DNA from: Phaeosaccion multiseriatum
Taxonomy: Eukaryota; Protista; Ochrophyta, other classes
Reading direction: 5' to 3'
Length of the DNA: 64,000 nucleotides
NCBI GenBank assembly: GCA_965112735.1
Contig: OZ218962.1
Location: forward strand, 248,001-312,000
Within the stretch, counting starts at the first letter, position 1. Each line of letters starts with the position of its first letter. Positions 51,460 to 63,918 of this stretch are shown piece by piece. The notes under the pieces were generated by a model. That model was not told the origin of the DNA and did no database searches. It saw only the letters and a program-made list of their open reading frames with translations. Both the position numbers and the translations under genes were made by a program.

Positions 51460-52759
51460 ATGGAGAGTAATATAGACTATGATGCGCTGATGTTCTTCTT
51501 TCAGTGGACGGGAGGAAATGGATGGACTGATAATACCAACTGGAACACTAACGAATCTATTCATGTTTGGTATGGAGTGCATGTTTACAAAGATGGAGGC
51601 GTATATCGCATCGATCTCCCTGAGAACCAACTCACAGGTGAGACATGTTTTAATTCAAAGTATATGGGGCTTCTTGTTCGAACGGGATGCTGATGCTGCC
51701 CTTGTCCACAGGCGAGATAGCGCCCCAGCTGGACCAGTTGCGAGCACTGAAGCATCTTAACCTCGAACGCAACATGTTGGCAGGTGAGATAGGCATATGC
51801 TGATATTCCTCTGCGGCACACTACTCTTCCCACTGTCGTATACTCTCCCTTTGTTGTCACTGTCCTACTGAGGGGCTTCTAACGGGCTGGTGCTGCCCTT
51901 GTCCACGTCTGCAGGCACGATACCGCATACACTTCACCGATTGCAGGCGCTGGAGCATCTCTGCCTTTCTTACAACAACTTGACCGGTGGGTGACAGACA
52001 CGATGCCGTCCTCACTGGTATACCCTCCCATCTGCAGATCACTCTTCTCTACTCTGCCCACCCTGCACTCTCCCCTCATTTTCACTGTTCTGAGGGGCTT
52101 CTAACGGGCTGGTGCTGCCTTTGTCCACGCCCGCAGGCTCGATACCGGCCTCGCTGGGCGACTTGTTCAGGCTGAAGGACCTACGCCTTGATCACAACGA
52201 ATTGACTGGTGGGTGGGCCACAGGCATCATTTACTGTTCTCTCTCCCCGTGAGGGGCTTGTAACTGTGCTGGTGCTGCCGTTGGCTTGTCCGCAGGCACG
52301 ATACCGGCATCGCTGGGCCGCCGGTTGCAAGCGTTGCATACCCTCCAACTTCATGGTAACCATCTGAATGGTGGGTAGGTTACTTGCATCATGTACCGGC
52401 CACATTGGGCACCTGCCCCGAAGTGCATCCCATCTTTGCCCGATTTGTTGCTTGTGTATGTGTTTAGCCTGCTGCCCTGTCTCACCTTTGCCGGACACGG
52501 GCATGCCCTCACTGCTTTCATGGATGGGTGTGTTGCCGCTTATGCCCTGCCCCGTCCCCACTCGCGCCCCTCTCCGTCCCTCACCCCTCAGGTAATTTTC
52601 CTGTGGAGCTTGCCTCTCTGCCCGAATTGGAGTATGCGCATTTCGGAGACGGGAACCTCACCTCATCGGTAAGCCCCTCCCACAAGAGCCGCGAAGACGC
52701 CTCGTTGCTCCGTACTCCATGCGATTAGACAGTAGAGCATAGCCTCGTAGGCGCAAGTA

Positions 52760-52797
<38 letters not shown>

Positions 52798-55584
52798 GTA
52801 ATCTTAAGGAGGAAAGGAGAACCCAGTGTGTTCCTGCCCCGCTTTGTGGTCGGCGCAGCACTTGCTTGGGCGAAACCGACTTTCTGTGCGCGACCTCTCT
52901 TCTGTGTGCACCCCACAGGAAACCCTGGTGAGCTGGGAGGGCGAGAAGAAGTACAGCTTTGGAAGGAAGAGCTTCAGTGGGAGCATGATTTATATTATGT
53001 GGATGAGTGGCAGGTCCAACGACCCCGTAGGGTCAACTTTTTTAGAAGACAAAGAGCCCTAGTGACTGCTTTGAAGGCCGAGCGCGAGCAAGGGTACCAA
53101 CAGGCTCAAGGTCTGAGGGAACAGCTCAAGGCGGCGAACGCGGCGAATAAGAGTAAGAGTGCCGCTCTGGAGGCCAGGCGAAAAAAAGAGCATGAGGCTG
53201 CGACATCTCAGAAGGCACAGCTTGAAGGAGAGAGAGCCCGAGTGAGCTCACTGAAGGCGCAGCTGGAAAGAGAGAGAGGCCAAGTGAGGTCTCTAAAGGC
53301 GCAGCTGGAGGAGGCACAGAAAGCGTCGCTGTCCTCGGGGGTGGGCGCTCTGCTAGCGGTCACGGATGCCGTAGCGAGCACCAGAGCGCGCAGGCAGAAG
53401 GAGCACAGCACTGAGGTGCAAGAGCAGCAGCAGAGTGAGGGTATTGAGGAAATGGCCCGACTTCCGACAGCCTCCTGGAGGGGTCTGCTCAAGGCGATTG
53501 AGTCCATGTCCAAAGGCGAAGCGACGCAGGACAGTGGCACAATCGGGACAGAGGCTCTGGCTGAGATGGCGCAGGAGGAAAAGCGGGCAAGTGGGCACTG
53601 GGACTCTCTCAAGATGCATCAAAACATACTGAGGGAGTGGACGGAGGAGGTCAGCAGCGATGAGGGACTTCCTGCGGGGAAGAGCTTGCAAGAGGCCGTA
53701 GCTGCTCGAGACGGGGAGAGGAAAAGCTTGGTGGATGCGATGAGCCAGGTCCTGTTAAAGAGTGCGAAGGAGGAGCTGCCCGACAAGGTCGACACCGAGA
53801 AGAGAGAGGCCGACAAAGTGGAGAGTCTGCTGGCATCGCTGAGAGAATTCCAAGGGACATTTGGGGACCTACTCAAGAAGGACGGAGGTGAGGGCGAGGG
53901 CGTTGACAAAAGCTTCGACATTGGTGCGCTGTGCACAGAGGCGCTGCGAGCCGTGAGGCAGTGGGAGGCAGGGCACGACCTCGCTGCCCTCGCGCAGAGC
54001 ACTGACGGGCGCTGCAGAGAGCTGGGGGAGGCGCTGGTGGAAACGCTGGGGTCGCTGGGAGGCACAAGCCCCGGAGTCGAGGAGGGGGAAGGAGCTGAGG
54101 GAGAGAGCGAGGACGACGACGGCACACGGCGGTGTATTCGACTGGCGGCCGAGGCGCAGGCGGCTGTCGACGACGAAAAGAGCAGCACCGATTTGGGCTC
54201 TTTGCTCAAAGACATTCCGCTCATCGCCGTCCTGCAGGGTGGGGAGCACCTGCTCGCTTACCACCGGCAGAGGGTGGAGACCATGGAGAGACTGGGCGCC
54301 AGACAAGACGCCTTCCTCGAGGTGCTCGCTCAGCAGCAGGAGGTAAGCATCGCCTTCCACAACGCGCTCTCTTCTCTTGTCTGCCCTCTCTCCTACTGTA
54401 TATCCGCTCGAAGATACAAGCAGAGGAGCGAAGTGTGGCTCTGAGGGAGTCCACTGTGCCGCTAGATGCCTCCCCTCTGGCGGGAGATTCGACATGCTCT
54501 GATGATGCTCCCTGTGCCCTCCAGGTGGTGTCCAGCGCGTGCTACCCTCCCGACAACAGCGGACTTAAGGCCCTCCGCGCGGAGCTGCACGACCTCCAGG
54601 ACGAGATGGAGACGCTCAAGCTCAAAATCGCTCAGAAGCAGCGCCGGGGAGAGCCCACAGACGGCCTGCAGGCAGAGCTGAGCCGCGTCATCTCCGACAT
54701 CACTCAGAAGGTAGGGCGAGTGGTGTATCGGGTTGGCTTAGTGGGTCCGAAAGAGATCTCCATCCTCCCCTCTCGGGCACGCAGAGCCGCACGACTGACG
54801 TCTCTCGTCTCCCATTGGCTGTGTGGCTGTGCTCCCCTGCCCAAGTAGAAGCTAAGCCGGCGCATCATGGCGGAGGAGAGCAAGCTGTACCGCCTGGCGC
54901 AGGAGCACTACCCCGAGCTGCTGCTGGAGGGCAACGAGTGGGGCAAGGAGGTGCGCATTGACGCCTCTTCCCTCGGGGCAGAGGCGCGGCGCCTGGGTCT
55001 GCTGGCAGGTGGCCGGACGTTGCAGAGCTTTGCCAAGCAGACGCCACTCTCCACGCAGACGGGAAGGCGTGTCTACCTCGTGGAGGAGGCAGGGGAGTCC
55101 ACGGCAGAGCAGCAGCAGCAGCAGCAGCAGCAGGACGGCGTGCCTCTCCGGCGCAAGATGGTGGTGAAAGAGTTCAGCTTGAGGCTGGAAAGGGACATGC
55201 GGCGCTTCTACAGACAGGTGCGTCCTGTCTCTCCCTCTTTCTTGCCACGAGTCCGTACGCACTCACATCTGAGCCTGCTCTCCCCTCCTCATGTTCCGCT
55301 CGCTCCGTGACCAACAGGTTGCCCTGCTCCATCAGCTGAGGCATCCTCATCTCGTGGGCGTGTGCGCTGTGTTTCATGACGTCACGGCGGGCTGCTGCTA
55401 CCTGCAAATGCCTCACTATGCGGGAGGAGATCTCCGAGCCTGGATGGACGCCAATCCCGCCACGGCTAGAGATGGCGTCCTCTGCGGGCAGGTGTGTATG
55501 ATGCGTGTGTGTATGCGTATGTGTGTGCGCGCGTATGTAGGTGTGTGCGTGTATGTGTGTGTACTTGTGTGTGTGTGGGTGCAC

Positions 55585-55634
<50 letters not shown>

Positions 55635-57212
55635 CCACATAAGGGCAGGGAGAGGTTGTCAGAGGGCGGACTGAGCGGGAAACAAAGTGAACCACCTCAC
55701 CCCACGTCACCCCATTGAAATCCCATCGGACCTTACCCCACCTCTGTTTTCTTCTTCCACCCGCCATCCGCGCCTCGCAGATTCTGAGCGACGTGTTGGC
55801 CGGGCTGCACCACCTTCACGCCAGCGGCCTCGTGCACTGCGACCTCTAGCCCTCCAACGTGCTGCTCACCACGCGAGGCACCGCCGTGCTGTCGGACTTC
55901 GACGGGCTACGCAAGGAGGATGACTTGGCTGGCGGAATGGGATCGACCACGTTTGTAGGGGGCATCCAGGGAACAGCCATGACCTACCGCTACCTCCCTC
56001 CAGAGCTGCTGCAACAGCGAGGCACGAGTGGTGCGGGCCAGGGGGCGGTGAAGAGCCTTATCACCCCAAGCGTCGACATGTTCGCTTTCGGGAGGATTGC
56101 GGAAGAGCTGCTGGAAGAAGGGGTGCAGCTCAGCTGGCGAGAGAGGGAGGACAGCGACAGGGAGGCAGAGCACCACAGGAGAGGTGACTTGCTCAAGGGC
56201 TTGCTCGCTGCTCTGCTGGCCGATGACCCGGCCAAGAGGATGAGCTGCTCGGAGGCGCTGGCCCACCCTCTTTTGGTGGAGCTCGGCAGAAGGACCGCGG
56301 AGGGCGAGGACAGGGTGAAGCAGCGCAAGCTCCAGTGCGGCACCTGCTGGGAGACCTTCCTCGCTGCGGAGGGGGTGCAATGCGACGCGGAGCACTTCAT
56401 GTGCGACGAGTGCCTGGAAGGGTACACCACGGCCAAGAGCGAGCCTACAGAGAGGGAGGCGCTGTACAAGGGTGGGCTGCGGTGTCCCCAGCCTGGCTGC
56501 GCAGCAACGCCCTTCCAAGGACACACCGTTGCCAGCCACGTGTCCGCCTCCGTGTATGAAACGTATCAGACGGCGCTGAACGCGGGGCTGGAGACCAAGG
56601 TTGTCCAAGACATGGAAAGAGTTCACGAGGTGAGGATGAAGGTGGCTGGGGATATGGTGTCTAGCTTGATGCCGTTCTTACGGGCCATTCATGTGGACTG
56701 TGTGGCGACTGTGTGTGGCTTGTCTTCCCCGTTGCTGGCCCTCCTCTCGCCATGTGCGCCCCCCCGTTTTGCAGGAGAGGCTGGAGGCGATGCGCAGAGA
56801 CTTTGCCAAGCGATCGGCGGCCGACGCCCTCGAGGAGGAGGCCCGTCAGCACTCGCTCCGTGTCATCGAAACGGTCATCAACCTGGCCTGCCCACGCTGC
56901 AAGCAGGCCTTCGTTGACTTCACCGGCTGCTTCGCCCTCCAGTGCGGCCGCTGCGCTGCGGGTTTCTGCGCCTACTGCCTCGCGGACTGCGGTAACGACG
57001 CTCACAGACACGTGGCATCATGTGCTCTCAACCTGACCCAAGCTGTATACGGCAGCTTCGACGACTTCGAGGCCGCCCAGAAGGGCAGGAGGGAGAAGCT
57101 GCTGGCGGCCTACCTGCAGCCTCTGCGGGCAGAGGTGCGCGTCAGGGTGGCGGAGCTGCTCCAGCCGCACGTGAAGGACCTGGGTCTCTCCATCGCAGGG
57201 CCAGGAAACTGA
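51460..57212 (+). pseudogene. Gene C: cytosolic LRR (N-cap plus 5 LRR exons), coiled coil, protein kinase, RING1-like and RING2-like fusion; in-frame TAG in the kinase catalytic loop as assembled
   Basis: Exons 51460-51637, 51712-51783, 51915-51986, 52137-52208, 52296-52370, 52592-52668, 52919-52950(?), 53046(?)-54342, 54525-54710, 54849-55217, 55318-55491, 55781-56641, 56775-57212. N-cap DYDALMFFFQWTGGNGW..NTNW...WYGV. Kinase VVKEF, LRHPHLV, YLQMPHY, HCDL*PSNVLL, SDFDG, YLPPE, DMFAFG. Fingers CGTC...C..EHFMCDEC...CPQPGC and NLACPRCKQAFVDFTGCFALQCGRCAAGFCAYC. The link between the LRR and coiled-coil parts needs one inferred intron. Confidence 0.7.
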
Positions 57213-59276
57213 AACCTAGGCCTCTGAGGGGAAGTAACAAGTAAACCACACCACCAGCCAGAACCTCAGCCTCAGACCAGACGATCGGCAGAGGCTTTCA
57301 CTGACTCATTCTCAAGCACCTACGCACACATTCTTCTCTTTCTTCTTTTCACTAGACCTTATTAAAACCAATACTTAATACTTCGACATAGTATCGATCC
57401 CACGATCCTGAATCTCGATCCGCAATAGACTCGCACACATTCACGAACGACTCACTCACTCGACCTGCAGCAACCCCCCCCCCAAGTGGCCCGACGCTTG
57501 CTTCGAGGGGTTGGAGGAATAGTTTGAGTTGGGAAGGATGACGAGAAGAGCTATAAAGGGCGAGGCTGGCTGCGATTAGGGTAGGCTCGTCGGGTGACTG
57601 ATATGCCTGATATTAGGGTAGGTTGTTTGAGTGGCTGATAGTAGGGGAGGCTGGTTGGCTGGATGATATTACGATTCTACCTCTAGCTGTGTCACGATGC
57701 TCTTTCCTTCACTGCCCCCTTCGCCCATCCCGTACTCAGCTCGGCACTTCAACTCGTGAGCAGTACAGCACGGAGCTGCAATGTCTGACAAATGGCGACT
57801 GCTCGCCCCTGCCCCGTCATAGCGGCGCATCATCATACTACAACGTACAATGTCTGATCAAAGGGCGCCGCCCGAGGGCAGTAGGCGGCGCGACCAAAGG
57901 CATTCACTTGCCTGCCCGGGGCGGCGGCCCCCTCTCACACAGGCAGGGCCCTCACACTGGCAGGGCCCTCACACTGGCCCAGCAGACGACGAGCTCCCTG
58001 GGAGGAGAGAACATACACGACTGGTGGTAGATGGCAGCGGATGCGGGATGCGCAATTGCAACCCTTCCCCCTCCGCCTCCTGCTGTCCGCACTGTTGCCT
58101 CTCACCGACAAGCGAGACTAAACATAACACTTGAGCTTGAGCGAGCGGTCGGGGACAGGCCGGACGCTCGTCCGTCGCGGAGCATTCAATGCCCGTGAGG
58201 CATTCACTGCCCTGTCTGTCTGCCTGTCTCGCTTTCTCGTGCACAGCTTGGTACTGCTTGGAGGTACACACGCACCCACACAGCCTGTGTGTATCGCGGG
58301 CCAAGGCACCAGTAGCAACAGGAGTCAATCAAGGGAAGGGTGGATACGGGACCACGGAAGGGCCACTTCCCCTCTCCAAAAGTTCTGTTCCCGCTCGGCA
58401 GGACTACCACTGGGGGGCAGGGTATATGACAGACCACAGCCGAAGCAGCACCGAGTTGCAGCAGCGGTTAGTGATACAGCAGCAGCGAAAGGGGGTGCCG
58501 TTGGTGCCTCTGCTGGACCACTCGGCCCCACAGTCTGCCTGCCTGTGGGCCTGTCTGTTGATGCTGTATCACCAACTGCTGCTGTTGCTGCTGGTGCTGC
58601 TCTGCCGCCCCCCAACTCAGCCTGCGCAGAGAGCCGTCGGCAGAGTCCCTCCGTCCATCTGAGCCCCTCTCCTCCTGCAGATGAGCCCCTCTCCTGCTAC
58701 CCTCACAGCCCCCTCCTCCTGCAGATGAGCCCTGCTGCCCTCACCCTTGTGAAGATGCGGGCCGGACAAAGCAGTCTTCGTGGGTCCAACAATCGAGGCG
58801 GGCGGTGGGGCGGGCCCCCCTCTTGCGGTTCATCGACCGTGGTGATTGACTCGATGACTGAAAGATGCAGTCCATCGGGGTGAGGTGATTGGATGAGGCC
58901 ACTCCCCATCCCCATGATAAAAGCCACCATAGCCCAGTCCTAATCAATGGGAGTCCCAATCGGTCGCTGCGAGTATCGGAGGAGGGAGCCAAATCCCGCT
59001 TCAGAGCGAAAATGCAACTGCAACTGCAACTGGGCTCGCGTGCGGCCCTGGGGTGTAACGCCACGTCATCCACACTCCTCTCTCTCTCCTCCCACACTCC
59101 TCTCTCTCCTCCACGCAGAGAGGCAGCAGATCAATGCCTCCACGCAGAGCGGCAACAGCATCAATCCCACGCCGCAAAAAGCCCCCTGCTGTGTAGGTAC
59201 TCCCTCCCTCCCTCGTCCACTGCCGCCGCCCGCCCCCTCCCTCCCCCCGTCCTCTCCTCTCCTCTCCTCTCCTCTC

Positions 59277-61472
59277 TCAGGCCCGCTTGTCCGGCCTCTC
59301 TTGTACCTCCCACTGCACCCTCCGCCGGAGGTTGCCAAACATGCCCTTTTCGGTCTGCCAGCCCAGCGCCTTGAGGCTCGCGGCGAAGGCGGGGTAGGCT
59401 CGAAGAGTGTCCTCCTGCGCAGGTTGGATGTGCTGCTCTACGATGGCACTCCACGGGAGGCACTCCGCCGTACCCTCCCCACTACCGCCTGCTGCTACTG
59501 TTGGTGGTACACGGTCGTCTATCGGTAGGCCTGGCGAGCAAAGAGAACGGGGTAGGACGAAGGGGCGGAGATGAGCGTCAGCGTGTGTGCATGCGTGCGT
59601 GCGTGCATGCGTGGGTGCGTGCGCGAAGAGGTCTGCAAGGGACAAGATGGGAAAGAGTACGTAGGTCGCAGCGTTCGGTCCCAGCGCAGCGCCTCTGCAC
59701 CCTTCCCAAAGCAAAGCCGTGCTGAGGGGTGCACGTGAGCCGCCTCCGCGCCCCTCTCGCTCTCTCTCTGCCCTCTCCTCCCCTCCTTGCTTGCCCTCTC
59801 TGCGCTCTTCTCCCCTGCTTGCCTTCCTGTACCCCATTCCATATCCTCCTCCTACAGACCCATCCACTTCTCATCACGTCTCGGTGCCTGTCCATATGCT
59901 CCCAATCAACACTGTGCCATCTCCCCATCCACTGCCATCCCCACCTGCCCTCGCCAGCCGTGCTCGGAGGTAGGTGTAGGCGAGTATGGCCTTAAGTGTG
60001 TCCTCCCCTGTGGCTGCCTTGTGCAGGAGCAGTCCCACACGGCCCCTCTCTATGCAATACGTGAGGAGGTGGTGCTGCCCGGCGAAGGCAGGCAGCTCCA
60101 GTAAATCTGGAATACGCAGGTAGATAGATAGATAGATAGATAGATAGAGGCAGAGAGAGAGAGAGAGAGAGAAGGAGGGGGCCCAGCAGAGAGAGGGGGG
60201 GAGAGAGCACAGAGAACGAGAAGAGACGGACGGAGCGAAAGTACACAGTGAGCAGGCCAAGAGGGAGTACACAGAGAGCGCGATGGAAGGAGGAAAGAGT
60301 GAGATGGAGGGAGGGATAGGGCAAAGAGGGAGCAATCCAACCCTCCAGCCCCTACACCTTTCAGTCCAAACCCTGTAGTCCGTATGCCGCTCCCAGCCCA
60401 TATACCTTTGAGTCTGCTGGCCGTCATGCCGCTGGAGCGCAGCGTCCTGAAGATGTCCACGCGGACGGCGGAGGGCAGAAACATGTGCTCCCTGCGAGCA
60501 AGGCCTACGGGGTCGCTGTGCCCCTCACCCTGCATCAACAACCCCAACTCTTCCAGCGACGCCGACGGACTGCTGCTGCTGCTACTACTACTACTGCTGC
60601 TGCTACTGCTGCTACTACTATCGCTGCTACTGATGCTACTGCAGCCGCTACTAATGCTGCTGCTGCCGGTGCTCTGCGCATGACTTTGCCCAGCCCCTTC
60701 GTCCGCACTGCCCACCCCCCCCGGGACGCCGACCCCGACGCCGCCGCTCGCACCCACTCCTCCCCTCCCACTTCTCCACCCCCGTCTCCACGGCCATCGC
60801 CTGCTGCTGCCCTTGCCACGAGCAATGGCGGCCGTGCTGGTAGACCGAGCTGTCGCCCCAGCAGGGGAGGAGGCCAGCAGCACCCAGTCCTGCGCCACGA
60901 TGGAGGCCCTCTCGTAGTTGAGCATCTTGAACACGACGGAGCGGATCTCTCTGTAGATGGCGTATATGTCGATGGTGGACATGAGGAGGTACATGAGGCC
61001 GATGCTAAGGCGGGACGTGCCCACTGCCCGCGTGAGGAAGATGCCCGTGAGCATGCCTAGAAGGTCCACAAAGGCAATCTGAAGGGATGCAGGGAGGGTA
61101 AGGGGCGGGGCGCAGAGGGAGGAGAGGAAGAGGGGGGGGGGGGGTGGGGTGGAAAAGGGAGTTGAGGTGGTGAGATGAGGGTGGGGGGAGGAGGAGGAGG
61201 AGGAGGAGGAGGGGGAGGAGGAGGAGGAGGAGGAGGAGGGGGAGGAGGAGGAGGAGGAGGAGGAGGAGGAGGAGGAGGAGGAGGAGGAGGAGGAGGAGGA
61301 GCTGGACGGGGGAGGGGCTTCTTTGATTCGGTCTCTCTCTGGGCTGAGAGAGGCTGGAGAGGGCAGAGGGGGGAGAGCTTGGGAGCCCGGCAGGCTTCTC
61401 ACTGAGGTAAGAGTGCTTGAGCCCAAGCCTCATTGAGCACTGCCCCTCCCCTCCCTGTCTGCCTGCCTGCCC

Positions 61473-61503
<31 letters not shown>

Positions 61504-62548
61504 CCTCCCTCTCTCCCTCTCTCTCCCTCTCTCCGCTCACCTGCGCCTCCCCCTTGGCAGTGATGTCGCCGATGTTCTCTTTGAGCGCGAAGCTCCTGTA
61601 GATGGTGTTGCGAGTGGCGCTGCTCGTAATCATGCTCATCTGCTTGAGCGTGTTGGCCGCCGCAGCCAGCACCAAGAAGCTGGCAGGGAAGATGTACGTC
61701 ACAATCTCAAGCCCGTTGCCAGCCGCGTAGAGCAGGCTAGAGCGGAATCGCCACCGCTTGGCGTCGGAGTCAAAGTTCCGCCCCATCTTGCTCGCCCACA
61801 GAATGCGGCCGAACTTGCCGAGGGCGTCTTTGAGTACCCACGAGATGGCGGCCGCCTCCCCCAGCCGCCTTGCCTTGATACCCAGGGCGAGGAGTAGGGC
61901 CTGCGTGCCGAACACATTGACGGTGGCGGCGACGAAGCGCTGGAAGGAGCGCCATGCCGAGAAGCTGAGGTAGTCCGAGGTGACATCGTCGGGTATGATT
62001 GCATTGGTCAGGGCCTGCCCTATCCGACGCACCATGCCGCCCGTCGCCTGCTCGATCTCCAAGCGAGCTGAGGCGTCCGGCACAAAGGACGCCTTGCTGG
62101 CATTCCAGATGAGCGGGGTCGTCAGCGAGCCGTCGTACTCGACAAACAAGGCGGATTCATCACCACCCGTGCCGCTGCTGGTACTGCTATCAATGCTACT
62201 ATTGGCGGCTCCACTGCGGCTGCCTCCACTGCTGCTGCTGCTGCTGCTGCTGCCCTCGCTACCACTACTTCTTGTCCTCTTCCTCCCGCTCGTCGCGCTG
62301 TAGTCGCCATCAGATGATGACGAGGCATTCCTGCGGCTGCCGGCAAAGGGCCGCCTCCCGCGTCGCCGTCTCCCCTGTTGACACACTTGCGCATGCTTAC
62401 CGGGTCCCGCTGGCAGGCCTCTCGCAAGTCTATCACCTAGAGCACGGCGCTGAGAGTGCGTCGGTAGAAGAAGCCCGGAGGTGCTACCACCACAGAGCAC
62501 AGCGACGGAGAAGAGGTGCGCACCTTTTCGAGCCCCCATCCTCCCCAT
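59277..62548 (-). CDS. RUS (ROOT UVB SENSITIVE, DUF647) family protein; 4 exons; possible bipartite plastid leader
   Basis: Exons 62548-61541, 61078-60406, 60106-~59945 and ~59530-59277. Motifs PDDVTSDYLSFSAW, FGTQALLLALG, ISWVLKDALGKFGRI, FDSDAKRWRF, SATRNTIYRSFALKENIGDITAKGEAQ and LNYERA. Confidence 0.9.
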
Positions 62549-62963
62549 CTGAGCCCCGCTGGCCGCGCTACTCCTCTCCCCGCTCCTTCCTTCCTCTTGC
62601 AGTGGGGAAGCGTCTGCCTCTCCCACAGAGGAGCTACCGCTGTTGCTGCTGTGCGTTTCTCCAAGGACAAGCGAGGGACCAAGTCCTCTTTATTTCTCTC
62701 TTTGGCCTGGCCTGTCCCTGCCCCATTGCATGGAACCCATCATCTTCGCCTTACAAAGAGGGGAAGACGCTTCTCAGAGGCTGCTACCTCTTGCCGCTCC
62801 CGTAATAAATTTAATATGAGCCGAGTCCACAAAAAAAAAAGGGAAAGGGGTACTTCGTATGCCTCTAATTTTTTTCGGCTGTGCCCCCTCCCCTCTTCTT
62901 GTCGTATCGTGGTTCCTCCCTGCTCTCTACAACTTCCCTTTTCGAGACACCTTACCTAAAGCC

Positions 62964-63918
62964 ATGGCAGACCTCGACAAGAAGGAGAGCGGCGAGGGGA
63001 AGACCGCGGCCGTGGACGGCGAGGGGTGAGTTACCGTCGCCCACAATGTCCAAAATCTTGTTTGAAATTGAGGACGGTCAAGGGCAAGGACAGCAGCATG
63101 GCTTGCCCTCTAACGTGTAGGGGCTGGACTCCCTTTGCCTCTTTCTGTCCTACTCAAGCATTTGCACTGCTCCTTGCCTAAGCGCGACCCCTCTGTACTC
63201 TTGTCACGGACCTTGCTGCAACTTCACAGCAAGAAGGTTGCGGCGGAGGAGAAGGCAGACACCGAAAAGGCCTCGGCCGCTCCCGCTTCCGAGCCCTCCG
63301 AGAAGTCCTCCGAGAAGCCGCTCTCGGAGCTCAAGAAGCCTCCTCCTGCAGCGGCAGGAGCTCGGGCAGCAGGGGCTGATGATGACGACGATGACGATGA
63401 TGAGGAGGAGGAGGAAGGCGGCAACGACAGCGACGACGGGGGGAATAGGAAGCGAAGCGCAGAAGCCGCTGCGGCAGGGGCATCCTCGTCGGCGAAGAAG
63501 AAGAAGAAGAGCAAGAAGGGGGACGACGGAGACGACTCCGACGTGTCGGACACACTACACGATATCTCGGAAGGTGGGAGCTGAGGCATGTTCGGGTTGC
63601 AAAGAGGGCCGCCTTAACACGAAGTAGCGATGCATGGGGAACGTGGCTGCCTTGGTTTTGCCTTCGTCGTCTTCTCTCGCTTTGCCCCAACCTCCCCACG
63701 GGCCATGGATCTTACCTCCAATTCCGTGCCTGTTGGTGCTGTTTGTGCCCCCCTCCCCTCTTCTCTCCAACCCAGACGAGATCGGCGCCTTAGACCAGAG
63801 CAACATTCTGCCCCGCACCTCTCGACGGAAAGCCGCCACCGTCGCCAACCTTATGAACGCTTCGGAGGTGGCCAAGTACGAGGACAGCGACGAGTCGGAG
63901 CAAGAGTTCGATCTTTGA
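62964..63918 (+). CDS. Acidic/basic nuclear protein with a CHZ (Chz1/HIRIP3-like histone chaperone) motif; 3 exons
   Basis: Exons 62964-63025, 63230-63573 and 63776-63918 join in frame. Contains a D/E tract, a KKKKKSKK NLS-like stretch and ISEDEIGALDQSNILPRTSRRKAA. Confidence 0.65.

Noticed and set aside
57623-59230. Several 100-250-aa ORFs
   Set aside because: No motifs, and stops interrupt the most coding-like minus frame. At most a degenerate gene that I cannot support.
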